From the NCBI GenBank assembly GCA_038087875.1, contig CM075989.1:19284001-19348000 (forward strand): a stretch of 64,000 nt of DNA. The letters are read 5' to 3'. Within the stretch, counting starts at the first letter, position 1; every line of letters starts with the position of its first letter. Position numbers and translations under genes: made by a program. The DNA is from Malacoraja senta. Taxonomy: Eukaryota. This document shows, piece after piece, positions 24,551 through 36,968 of this stretch. The notes under the pieces were generated by a model. That model was not told the origin of the DNA, did not search any database, and was given only the letters and a program-made list of their open reading frames with translations.

Positions 24551-25471
24551 GCTTGGTATAATTGTAAATTGTCCCTAATATGTGTAGGATGGTGTTAGTG
24601 TGCGGGGATCGTCGGTCAGTGCGGACTCGGTGGGCCGAAGGGCCTGTTTCCGCGCTGTATCTCTAAATTAAACCAAATAACTAGTATGTAATGCTGAGGC
24701 TTTATAAGGTGCTGGTCAGACTGCATTTGGAGTATTGTGTGCAATTTTGGGCCCCATATTGAGGAAGGATGTGCTGGTGCTGGAGATGGTCTAAAGGAGA
24801 TTGACGAGAATGATCCCAAGAATGATTGGGTTAATGTATGATGAGCGTTTGATGGCACTGGGCCTTTGCTCACTGGACTTTAGAAGGGTGAGGGGGGAAC
24901 ACATTGATACACCGAATAGTGAAAGGCCCGGATAGAGTGGACGTGGAGAGGATGTTTCCACTAGTGGGAGAGTCTAGGACCAGAGGCCATAGGTCTCAGA
25001 ATTCCTTCTCTCCATGGGTGCTTCCTCACCTGCTGAGTTTCTCCAGCATTTTGTGTCCACCTGGCAAGTGATAGATTAGCACAGGTGAAGGAGGGAGGGT
25101 ACTTGGCAGTGAAAATGGCACCAAGGACTTTGGATGTTTTTTTGCACAAGCATTAGGTTTATTAATTAATTTTATTTTTATGATATGTTATCTCCCATAT
25201 AGACACTAGGAACTGCAGATGCTGTGGGGGGGTTTTAAGCCAAAAAATGCTGGGATAACTCAGTGGTTCAGGCAGCATCTCTGGAGAACATGAAGAGATG
25301 ATGTTTCAGGTCAGGATCCCTTTTCAGAATCTTTAGTCTGAAGAAGGGTCCTGACCCGAAATGTTCCTTCCACAGATGCTAATATATATTCACCCTTCTT
25401 CAGACTGTTTAAACACATTTTCTCATCCCAATCACGAGTACCTATTCAAGTTCATGATGAGCACCCTCCTT

Positions 25472-25778
25472 TGTTTAGTTTGGGTTAGAAATATAGCGTG
25501 GAAACGGGCCCTTCGGTCCACCGAGTCTACGCAGACCAGCCATCCCCGTACACTAACACTATCCTATACACACTAGAGACAATTTTACGGGTATACCAGG
25601 CCAATAAACCTACAAACCTGGACGTCTTTGGAGTGTGGGAGAAAACCGGAGGGAGGTCCCTGAGAAAACCCACGCAGGTCACGAGGAGAATGTACAAACT
25701 CCATACAGACAGCACCTGTGGTCGGGATCGAACCCAGGTCTCTGGCGCTGTAAGGCAGCAACTCTACCACTGTGCTAC
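25472..25778 (-). mobile_element. V-SINE (HE1-like)
   Basis: Full head, V-domain and tail; similar copies at about 12510-12790, 13335-13635 and 14455-14727. Confidence 0.8.
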
Positions 25779-26148
25779 CTAGTCCTTGCTGTGAAGAACT
25801 TGCTATGACATGAGTGACATGCCGACTGAGGTTCCTTTCCTTGTCGATCTTCTCAGTGGAATGGTTTCACCTTGTCATCCCATTGTAGCCCGGCCTGTTT
25901 AGCAATGGTGACTCACTCAATCACTGCACCTTTTCATCTGCGGTGATCTCAAGTCTTTTACACTTGCCACTTTTCTATGACTCATCTACAAACCACACCT
26001 AGGCAACACTATTCACAGACTGCACGGGGCCACTTTCCCAAACATTTATGGCAGTCACTTAGTTTAGTTTAGAGATACAGCGCAGAAAAAGGCCCTTCGG
26101 CCCACTGAGTCCATGCCGACCAGGGATCCCCACACACAGAGGTCTCAT

Positions 26149-26348
26149 NNNNNNNNNNNNNNNNNNNNNNNNNNNNNNNNNNNNNNNNNNNNNNNNNNNN
26201 NNNNNNNNNNNNNNNNNNNNNNNNNNNNNNNNNNNNNNNNNNNNNNNNNNNNNNNNNNNNNNNNNNNNNNNNNNNNNNNNNNNNNNNNNNNNNNNNNNNN
26301 NNNNNNNNNNNNNNNNNNNNNNNNNNNNNNNNNNNNNNNNNNNNNNNN
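26149..26348. other. Scaffold gap of exactly 200 N
   Basis: Run of Ns with a round length, typical of a placeholder gap. Confidence 0.99.
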
Positions 26349-26641
26349 AACACATCCAATAAAGTGGTTTGTGACTTCCATTGTAACAGTACAGATAATA
26401 TCAGGACAACATGGTTTTCATTCCAGTCTTCTGCTTGCTTGAAGTACAAGGGATTTTATTTAAAACACTTACACAAGACTGGCCCACTGTCTAATAGGTG
26501 CTGGGGTTCTAAATGACTAGTACCAATAATTTATCACAATTATGTATTGTGCATTATTTTATTTCCATTAATTAGCTGAACATGTACCATTCGCCAGAAA
26601 CCCCCCCCCCAGAAAATATGTCCTAAGGAATACAAAGGTTG

Positions 26642-26795
26642 CTAACAGCGCGCTGAAAAATGAGGGTTTGTTGGAAACTCTGTATAAGATTTTAATTCAT
26701 ACGCAGCACCGCTGTCCACTTCCATCGACTTCCGAGAAAAAAGGAGCCTGACATCTCTGTGGAGGTAGATCTTCCCAGATTTTGAACTCTGGAAC
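26642..26795 (-). CDS. ATOSA: ATOSA/FAM214A terminal coding exon: (R)FQSSKSGKIYLHRDVRLLFSRKSMEVDSGAAYELKSYTEFPTNPHFSARC*
   Basis: Acceptor tag, stop TAG; 154 nt (1+51x3); matches the recalled FAM214A C-terminus. Absent from the ORF track. Confidence 0.95.
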
Positions 26796-29700
26796 CTAGA
26801 TTAAGTGCAAAACAAGCTGATTAAACATCCAGCAGATCTCAAGCTATTAGAAACAAAGTTAGCATCAGATTTGTCTACGCACCTTTCACACAAAGGGTGT
26901 ATGGACCAAGCTGCCAGAGGAGGTAGTTGTGGCAGGGACTATTGCAATGTTTAAGAAACATTTAGACAGGTACATGGATATGACAGGTTGAGAGGGATAT
27001 GGGCCAAACGCAGGCAGGTGGGACTAGTGTAGATGGGACAAGTTGGGCCGAAGGGCCTGGTTCCACTCAGTATGACTCTACGACCTACTTGGAAACATAG
27101 ATATTAATGATCTTGATAACTTTTGGTATGCTTCCCAAAAGAGTAGTTATGACCCATAACTCAAAGAAAGTAGTATTACACAGCTGCCTTTACTGAAGAA
27201 TATACATTTGAATGTTGAAGTCACCATTACACTCGGATGCATCACAGCATGGTTTGGGAACAGCTCCATCCAAATCTACAAGAAATTGCAGAGTCGTGGA
27301 CGTACCCAGACCATCATACAAACCAAGCTCCCTTCCATTGACTCTTTTTACACTTCACAGTGCCTTGGCAGGGCCACCACCATAATCAAGGATGTCTCAC
27401 CCGTCACTCCCTCTTCTCCCTTCTCCCATCATGCAATAGGGACAGAAGTGTGAAAACGCCTACAACCAGAATCAGGGACAGTTTCTTCCCAGCTGTATCA
27501 GGCAACTGAACCATCCTACCAACGACTAGAGAGTGGTCCTGAACAACTATCTACCTCATTGGAAACCCTCAGACTATCTTTAATCGGAATTAATCTTGCA
27601 GTAAACATTATTCCCTTTATCATGCATCTGTACACTGTGGATGGCATGATTGTAAACATGTATAGTCTTTTCACTGACTGGTTAGCATGAACATAAGCTT
27701 TTCACTCTCCCTCAGTACATGTGACAATAAACTAAACTAAACAAATTTGGCTGAGGTAAGTCTTTAGTTCAACACATGTTCCGGAAGACCATACAATTCA
27801 TTGGGCACTGAATTTATATTGGATTTATCCCAAAATACAGAATTTATGTCAATTTGGCATCATGGATATTGTGGGATATAGTTTTTCTACACAGAGAGCA
27901 AACCAGTTCTTGGATTTTCAGACCTTGTACTCCAATAGCATTTTCTGCCTTTATCAACAAGACCAAAAAGCTGCATCACCTGCTGTCTTCATGCTTTTTA
28001 AACAACTTTCAACTCATTTTTCTATTTATTCTCCTTTATCCTTCAATTATCCAGTGTGGAACTTGAAAATGGCCAAAATCCATGTCGACTACATCCAATA
28101 TATTCCCCTTATTAATTAAGTCTACAAATATAGCCCGACATAACCATTCATTTTTTGGCAAATTCCAAGTTATTCCTGTCTACTGCCATTGACTGGTCTT
28201 TAAAATGTTCCCACAAATGGCATGAATGCCTGCAATTACCCAGACCAAAATAAAGTAAAATCCGAGCCACACTCGGTTTTTGGCTCACATAAACACTAGG
28301 TGGAATTTTAATCATTCCAAGCACATGGTATAATTTCTTTCTCGTTTCCCTTCGAATCCTAACAGACATCCGGTTGAACCCTGGAAACACATCATCCCCT
28401 TGCCAAATGTATCTTTCTAAAAATTATTTAATCATGATATCATTCAACTTGCTGTCACCTAAGTCAGCATTCATCATCTCTTAGATATCCCTTTCTTCTC
28501 TAAAACACCAAACATCAAATTTCGTGCTACTTTCATTTTGAGCATTATCTGCTAATTAACAACGTGGAATTTTGCAATGTTCTGGCCTATATTAAGATGT
28601 CAATGAACATCACTCATACAGTCCAAATGTCTTAATGTTATTGAAGCACAAGGAATTACAGCTGCTGGAATCTTGAGCAAAGAAAACAAACTGCTGGAGG
28701 AACTCAGATGGTCATGCAGCATCTGTGGAGGGAACTAACTGACAGGCAACGTTTCGGGTCGAGACCATTTAGACAGAGATGTGCTGTTTCGGGTCAGGAT
28801 CCATTTTAGGACTCTAAAGAAGCGTGCTGACCCTAAATGTCATCTGCCCATTCCCTCCATGAATGTTGCCTGACCCGATTATTCCTCCAGCACTTTTGTA
28901 TTTTGGTTTTAAATGTGTCATTGGTGTCTTGGGACCTTTCTATGTATAAATTTCATCAGTAATATGAAAATGACAATTGGCAGGAAGTACTTTGGGATCT
29001 GTTGAGATTTTATAAGGTGCTCCAAAAGTGCACGATTTTTAATACATTGAGAAACCATCGTAAATCCACATGGTGCTGTGAATTTCTTCTTCTGTCTCGG
29101 CAGTTTTCTGCAGTTCTTGTCCACGTGAGTAAGCTGTCACGTTTAATTAATGTGGACCTGGACCAGTGAAACCATTACCAGCAGTTTGATTGAAAATGCT
29201 GGATCTAAACTCAGTGTTGTAAAGTTGTACGTTTTGCAATTGCAGAAAATTGTTTCCCTTGAGGCTCGTGCGAAGTCTTGAGAATTACATAAATCTCTTT
29301 TTATTTGAAGTTAAAATCTCAGATTGCTTCCAAAACGGATCTGAAAGAAGGGCTGCATCAAACTTAAATATATGAAATATAAGGCACATCCACAACTGCT
29401 GCAGGGACTTTGCCTACTTTCTATCTTATATTTGGGGTGTATTTTAACAAACCTTAAAATTTAAGGCTATGGCATTTAACCTCGAGTCCAACTGCATATG
29501 TAGTTGTAGGAAGGAATGTAGGAAGACCTGCTGGTTTACACCGAAGATAAAAGCAAAATGCTGGAGTAACTCAGCGGGACAGGAAGCATCTCTGGAGAGC
29601 AGGGATGGGTGGCGTTTTGGGTCGAGACCCTTCTTCAGACTTCTGAAGAATGCAGAATTCTCCATCATTGTGTATACCTACATATGATCTAATTATATAT

Positions 29701-31315
29701 AATCAGCATTTGTTACACATTCCGTAATATCTCTAAGTAACAGAAATAGACAATAGACAATAGGTGCAGGAGTTGGCCGTTCGGCCCTTCCAGCCAGCAC
29801 CGGCATTCACTGTGAACATGGCTGATCATCCACAATCGGTACCCCGTTCCTGCCTTCTCCCCATATCCCTTGGTTCCGCTATCTTGTATTGAGGTTAACA
29901 AATATTTTATCTTTATATACTCGATTATGGTTCATTATATCTTGCAAGCATTAATCAAATCACCCATTAACTTTCCAAGTTCCAAGGAAGCCTTCATGAT
30001 TTAATCCTTTGAATCCAGGTAAGAACGCTATATTCCAAAAAGTCTGGTATTCCAAACTATTTGCAGTACTTTAAGGATTTAGACCATGACAAATACTCCT
30101 TGTATTTCATCCACTAAATATTAAATATATTTATTACTATTTTTGGTAATTTTCTTCATCCATCCACAGAATTTAAGTAAGGTCTGTAACCACTCTCCCT
30201 CCCAAATGTCTCTTTATATTTCCACTAATTTTAGCTTTTTTACTATTTAGAAAATATTTTTTGTCTTTTCAGCTCAAATTTAATGGGCACACCTAAGTGC
30301 TAAACACAAAGCGCTGGAGGAACTCATTGGATCAAGCAACGTTTGTGGAGGAATGGACAGGTGATATTTCAGATCAATACCGTTCTTCAGACTGATGCAC
30401 GTACAAGTATCTAGTTACCACAATTTTATCCATTTGGTTAATTTATTTACATTTCAGTGCTTCTACCTACATTGATTTCACCATTACCTAACTTTCTGTC
30501 AGCAGCAAAGCTATACATTGCTTTTCATTTCATCATTGAAGTGATTTTTAAAAAAATATTGTGAATAGTTGTGCACCCAAGCCATATCTTCATGGCAAAG
30601 AGTAACATCCAGTCAACTACCAGTGGCAAAAATGATGAGGTTTCGAAGTGCTGGAGGAACTCAGCGTGTCAGGCAGCATCTGTGGAGGGAATGGGCAAAC
30701 TAATTTTCAGATGGAGACCCTTCTTCAGACTTTCCAGAACAGTCTGAAAAAGGATCCCAACCAAAATGTCGTCTGTCCATTCCCTGGCCAAAAAGTAAAA
30801 TAATTTTACTACGTATAGGAAGGAACTGTAGATGCAGGTTTAAACAGAACATAGACACAAAAAGCTGGAGTACCTCTGGAGAAATGGAATAGGTGCTGTT
30901 TCGGTCGAGACTCTTCTTCAGACTTATCGCATTTTAAGCAGATTCCAAGCTAATGTCAAAAATTGCACAGGCATTTTTTTTCAGTGATCAATGCGATGAA
31001 CTAATTAAAATATTTTTGCATGGAAGTTGTCCGTTTTAAATTCAGAACATTTGAATGCTTTACCACTGGCATTCTAAAGAAGGGTCCCGTTCCAAAATAT
31101 TGACTATTCCATCCACAGATGCTGCCAGACCTGCTGAGTTCCTCCAGCACTTTGTGTTTTGATCAAGATTCCAGCATCTGCAGCTTCTTATGCCAATAAG
31201 CTAAACCACGTTGTTTTGTGTGGAAATCAAAAATAAGTTAACAGCTATAATTAGCTACTTATTCTACCGATGTCAATGGCAGCGTACTGTAAAACGATTC
31301 TATTTCTTCCGTTAC

Positions 31316-31515
31316 CTCAAGTGTACGAGGTAGCGAAGTATCCTTTCTTCAGTCTGTATTACGTTTTCTTTATTGGCATGTCCAACAGCTTCACGTTTCA
31401 CAGGAACGGAGAACGTCCTCTGTCGTAGGAATGTCTGGTGATTGGCTGGCATCTCTCTCAAGTCATAAATCACGACAAACATCTTAACCACTGTCTTGTT
31501 AGGATTGAATAAGGT
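31316..31515 (-). CDS. ATOSA: ATOSA exon: TLFNPNKTVVKMFVVIYDLREMPANHQTFLRQRTFSVPVKREAVGHANKENVIQTEERILRYLVHL(R)
   Basis: Flanked by cag and gtaac; 200 nt, phase 0/2. Confidence 0.95.
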
Positions 31516-32299
31516 CTGAAACAGAATTTACATTTGAAACTTATAAACATTGTCACATGGGTAAAAGCGCGGCATAAAATGTTTTTGCAGGTCCTGAGCG
31601 AATGAGACGAGTGGCAGAATTAATGTGCACAAAATGGAACTGCTCTTTTAAAAATCTGATATAATACCTGCCTACATGGCAAAAAAAATCTACTTCTAAT
31701 AATGCTAATTATTAATGACAGCATGATATTGTAACGTTTCCAAATTCCAGAAACAGATATGATATCTGGTGACGGGGGTCGAGGAAGCGGCGGGGAGAGG
31801 AGTTGGAGCGAAAGTGGGAGAAATGGATGACTACTGGGTTGGGGGGGGGGGGGGCACAGGAAAGAGAGGGGGGGGTGGGGGGGGGGGTTGGTGGGGCATA
31901 ACTTAAAATTGAAGAATTCGATGTTCATTCAACTGCAATATATCTGAAGGGAGGACTCCCGAACAAAATCATCGCCTGTCCATGCCCTCCACTCCTGTAT
32001 GGCCCGCTGAATTTCTCCAGCAGTTTGTGTTTTGTTCAAGATGCCAACATCTCCAATTCCACGCGTCTGTGATTTCTGTTTTCTCCCAGACTTTCATGGT
32101 CACCAACTATGGCTGGGCATGAGAAAGCTCTGCCGCTTTGCCAATGCTTCTTAAAGCCAGAAAACAAAACAGATATTGTTCAGCACTCCGAGACTTGTGC
32201 TGGAGAGAGTTCCTGCATTTGCTCCACACATTAATGTGGTGATAATCTGTGAGGGAATTCGCAGGCCGGAGGAGCCGCAGAGCCCCCGGCCCCACGCGC

Positions 32300-32727
32300 T
32301 GTGCATCGGGGACAGGTGTCGAACTCATGCTGCCTTCATGCTGCTCGTTTTCTCTGCTCCCACAACCAGATGCATGCCACACGGTGCATTGATTAACCTG
32401 TCAGAAGTAAGAGGGTGCAATGGGAGCTGTGCTCCGTTACCAGTCAACCGAGGTACGCGTTGCAAGGAAGACGCAGGTGCAGTGGCACCCGCTGTTTCTG
32501 CATTAAACACCCGGAGGCCTCGTTTTGGTGTGGCCGCTGCAAACCCGATGCTCAATGCAATGTTCTTCGAGTGTTTTACTGTTGGTTCTCTCCCTGCTGC
32601 CGCCACCTTTCCGCTGCCTAATGCGGTGTTGCACGCTGCCTGTCAACCTCTATCACGAACGGACGTCTCAGTCCGCTATAACCAAAATCCGTTATAAAGA
32701 GGTCCATAATAACGAGGGTAGACTGTA
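32300..32727 (-). mobile_element. Possible pogo/Tigger-like DNA transposon fragment (one end only)
   Basis: Minus strand reads TA|CAGTCTACCCTCGTTATTATGGACCTCTTTATAACGG from 32727; CpG-rich interior; no partner TIR found, and the left boundary is uncertain. Confidence 0.45.
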
Positions 32728-34962
32728 TTCTTAAAACCAGTATCAATGATACGGACTCCTAGTCTTATTTTCATTCTCAAATCTTAACATGGACAATAGC
32801 ACTATGGCACCATTGCATTTAAACCAAACGTGCACATATTTTTTTCTTTAAAATAATTCTCAATTTTAAGTTCTTGAGCCAATTTATTCCATCATTAATA
32901 CTAATCTTTCTCGGGACCATTGATAGAGACTATCCATGGGTGCCTGTGTTTTGAGCCTGCTTTAAGTGGAGTGCTGATTTTCTGTTCCTGTTGTGTCCCT
33001 GAAATGGGCCGGGTCGGCCTTCCCAGCAGTTCCGTTTCACAACTACAGTAACTGCTGAAAACAATTAACTGCAACGAATGAAATGATTTACTGGAATACG
33101 GCTCTCGGAGTGATCTAATTTAATAAAGACTCAGGAGAAATTTCTTCTCTCCTGGGACAGAGTGTGTGGAATCTTTACTCTAGGGAGTTGTGGATGTCAA
33201 GTTATTAAGTAAACTCAAAGCTGAGATGGATACATTTTTGGACCATAGGGGAATTAAGGGTTATGGGGATCACACAAAGAAATGGAGTTGTAACCAATGA
33301 TCAGATCAGCAACGATCTACTGAATGATGAAGCAGACTCTAGGGGCCATAGGGGCCTCATGCTCCTATTTCTTATGTTCTTATAACTTGGCTTGGTTGAC
33401 AGGACCAAGCCAGACAGTTGTCATATTCAAGCCTAGTACTGAAGAAATGTTGTAACAGGATGATGCTTCAACCCGAGCCCCTGACAGCCTTCAGGTGGAT
33501 GTGGAGAAATTTCATACGGAGGGTGGTGGGTATATGGAATTAGCTGCTAGAAGAGGTAGATGAGGTAAGGCCAACAATTAAAAGACATTTGGATGGGTGC
33601 ATGGACTGGAAAGGTTTAGAGGGATAGCGGCCCAATGTGGGCAAATGGGATTAGCTTTGATAGAGCATCGTGGTTGGCATGGATGAGTTGGGCCTAAGGA
33701 CGTGTTACCGTGCTGTTTAACCCTATTTACAGAGAAGCGTGGAATTTTCTGAACACCATCATCAACTTAGTTCACTCAAGAGAACACAATTAAAATAGAT
33801 TGTTCTTATTTCTGAAAACAAATTCATTTCCGTGCCATCCTCTGAATTAATCGTTCCTGTGCTTCAAAGATAGTCGTTTGCGCTTGGATATTCTTCAAGA
33901 TCATAATGTGTTACTAATTAACATGTTCTTTGCTTAACAAATTGGCAAAACAATTTTATGAGGCAATGTAGCACCATTCAGCTGAGATAATGAATCACTG
34001 CCTTTCAACACCTGTATCCCGATTAATGCAGAACATGTTACTAATCTATTGTTTTTTAGCAATACCCTGTTGCAACATGTGGGGAAAACACATGAGTATC
34101 TGAAATAAATTGCACTTCACTGACTAATTTCTAGCCAAAATTACAGTACATTTTGCATCGAGTAATTAAACAGGGAAACAGGCCCTTTGGGCCAACTCGC
34201 CCATGCTGACTGAGATGCCCCATCTCAACTAGTCACATTTTCCCATGTTTGGCCCATTTCTCTCCAAATTTTCCTGTCCATGTACCTGTCCAAATATCTT
34301 TTAAATGTTGTAATGTACCTGCCTTATCTACTTCCTCTGGCAGCTTGTTCCACATACCCACCACCCACTGAGTGAAAAAAGTTGCTTTTCTGGTCCCCAT
34401 TAATTCTTTCCCCTCTCAACTTAAACCAATGCCTCCTAGTTCTTGATTCCCCTACCCTGGGGAAATAGACTGTGCATGCACTCTATCTATTCCACTCATA
34501 ATTTTATGTGCCACTATAAGAGGTGTACAAGGATGCAAAGAGTTTTGTCAATTAACTATTGAAATAGAGGAAGAATTTGACAACCAATCCTGTTTCTACC
34601 TGAACATTGAATCTAGAAACAACTTTTGTGTGTGGGAAAGAACTGCAGATGCTGGTTCACACCAATGATAGACGCAAAAAGCTGCAGTAACTGAGTGGGT
34701 CAGGCAGCATCTCTGGAGAAAAGGAATAGGTGATGTTTCAGGCCAAAACACTTCTTCAGACTGAGATGTCAGGGAAGAGGGAAACTAGAGGTATGAAAAG
34801 GTTCAGAACAAATCAGAGCCAGCACCGTGGAGCCCAAATGGACATCAACAATGTAGTCATCAATACTTCGTGGTGTCTCTTCACAATATCACAGACTGTC
34901 AAAAGCTCTGTAGGCATAAAGAGGCATCAGTAAAATCAGATAACAATTCTAGCCTGACTTAC

Positions 34963-35031
34963 CACTTGTATTGTTCCTGATGGAGGCACTCGATAGCCTC
35001 GTTTTCCCAAGGATTCCAAATTAATCACACC
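34963..35031 (-). CDS. ATOSA: ATOSA exon: GVINLESLGKRGYRVPPSGTIQV
   Basis: Flanked by tag and gtaagt; 69 nt, phase 0/0. Confidence 0.95.
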
Positions 35032-35277
35032 CTATAAACAAATAATCCTCAATTCAGAACAGATAGTTTCAAACAAGAAGTTGCAATTCTCAACAAAAAA
35101 AAATCAAGTGACTCATTTCAAAAGAATCAATTTCAACATACCCATAAAGAAACAAAATTCAACAAATGAATAAATGAGTGATTTACCAGTCTGAGAGACA
35201 CGGGTCCTAATCAATTAGTGCTACACCATGACCTTGGTCACAAGTCTTTAACTACAGGAATGTGTAAGAACACATAC

Positions 35278-35436
35278 CATGTAGGGTGATGGTGCATTAT
35301 CATCAGAGACACTGTAGAACCAGACTTCAACTGGAAGAGTCATGTGACTGGGACAGAACGTTCCACTTGCTCCCACCTCGGCTGTGAAACCATCAACTGC
35401 TCCTAATGGTTCCAAGCGGAAATTCAAGATAGATTC
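35278..35436 (-). CDS. ATOSA: ATOSA exon (DUF4210 region): ESILNFRLEPLGAVDGFTAEVGASGTFCPSHMTLPVEVWFYSVSDDNAPSPYM
   Basis: Flanked by tag and gtatgt; 159 nt, phase 0/0. Confidence 0.95.
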
Positions 35437-35788
35437 CTAGAACGTTAAGATATATCAATGTTAAGAGTCGCAAGGCAGCTTAGACTGACTCACAATATTT
35501 TTTATTTCTTCTGTATATGGATTCATAGAGCTGTACAGTACAGAAACAGGCCAATTGGCCCACCTTGTCAATGCTAACAAAGATGGCATTTTGGGCTGGT
35601 CCCATTTACCTGCATTTTGCCCCATATTCCTCCAAACCTTTTCTATCCATACTACTGCTTTTTAACAATAAACCACAACATATCTGATTCTTGCTCCAGT
35701 CTTGCAAACATTTAAATATCCCATTACTTGATGAGACATTGGTATAACAAATCTATTTAATATTCACCACTAGTAATACACCAAGTTA

Positions 35789-36279
35789 AAGGCCTGTCTC
35801 ACGAGTCTGCGGTCATTGGCGGCGAAACAGGAAGAATCTACCGCTCCTGGGCCGCCATAGACCGCGCACTCGGTCAAACGCACAATTCCGGGGCCGTGCG
35901 GCGTTGTTCCCAACACCGCACGGTGCTAAAATAAAACCAACACTGTTCAAAAATATGTTCCTACCGCACAGCCTCCGCCAGTGAGGCACGAGTGCAGCAC
36001 GGCCGCCGCCACAGCCGCCGCTAGTGAGTCACGTGTGCGGCACGGCCGCCGCCACAGCCACCGCCAGTGAGGCACGACCGCCGCCAGTGAGGCACGTGTG
36101 CGGCACGGCCGCAGCCACAGCCCCGCGATCTGAAAGCCGAAACAGCAAGCTCGTGGAACCGGCCGTACTTGGTCCCCCCCGCAGCAACCGTGCGGCGCTC
36201 TCGTGGTTGCCGTGCGGTCCCCTCTTCCGGCAACGCCGCGCTTCACCGCCAACGACCGCAAACCCGTGGGACAGAGCCT
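35789..36279. mobile_element. PIF/Harbinger-like MITE
   Basis: Imperfect TIRs of about 40 bp (AAGGCCTGTCTCACGAGTCTGCGGTCATTGGCGGCGAA vs reverse complement AGGCTCTGTCCCACGGGTTTGCGGTCGTTGGCGGTGAA); TTA on both flanks; GC-rich internal tandem repeats. Confidence 0.8.
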
Positions 36280-36282
36280 TTA

Positions 36283-36968
36283 TGCTTTCTTTCAGCTTCG
36301 GACGATAGCTAAAATAAAACAATTCCTCCAGTTTGATGACCTTGAAAAGATCATCCACGCATTCATCTCCTCCCGCCTAGATTACTGCAACTCCCTTTAC
36401 ACTGGCATCAGCCAATCTTCCCTGTCCCGCCTGCAACTGGTCCAAAACGCCGCAGCGAGACTCCCGACGGGCACCCGAAAAAGGGACCACATCACCCCGA
36501 TCCTGGCCTCTCTCCACTGGCTCCCTGTGCGGTTCCGTATAAACTTCAAGATCCTCCTCCATGTCTACAAAGCCCTCAATGGGCTTGCCCCCACCTACAT
36601 AAAAAGTCTTCTCACCCACCACTCCACCTCCAGGCCCCTCAGATCGGCCGACTTGGGGTTGCTGAATATCCCACGGTCTAGGCATAAGCTCAGGGGCGAC
36701 CGCGCCTTTGCGGTTGCAGCCCCTAGACTGTGGAACAGCATCCCCTTTCCCATCAGAACTGCCCCCTCCATCGACTCTTTTAAGTCAAGTCTAAAGACGT
36801 ATCTATACTCCCAAGCCTTTCCTGACGTCCTGTGAGTGAGGGCTACATGTATATATGTATGTAGTTTGTTTTGTTTGTGCTATTCTTATAACAAATGTAA
36901 AGCACTTTGGCCAACGAGAGTTGTTTTTTTAAATGTGCTATATAAATAAATGTGACTTGACTTGACTT
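36283..36968 (+). mobile_element. L2-clade LINE, 5'-truncated, with an uninterrupted ORF2 C-terminus
   Basis: IHAFISSRLDYCNSL...LQLVQNAAARL...HITPILASLHWLPV...GDRAFAVAAPRLWNSIP; 3' end tgtaaagcactttg...aataaa plus (gactt)n. Confidence 0.88.

Noticed and set aside
26059..26449. ORFs spanning the N run
   Set aside because: Artefacts of the gap.
31838..31897. G-quadruplex-like run as a dedicated regulatory element
   Set aside because: It is the complement of the pyrimidine tract following a Penelope ORF end (MNIEF, minus strand).
32176..32697. 173-aa ORF and overlapping ORFs
   Set aside because: No recognisable domain or splice support; open frames are expected in this GC-rich, transposon-like patch.
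36203..36835. 210-aa ORF as a novel host gene
   Set aside because: It is a MITE end read through into an L2 ORF2 C-terminus, with a non-ATG start.
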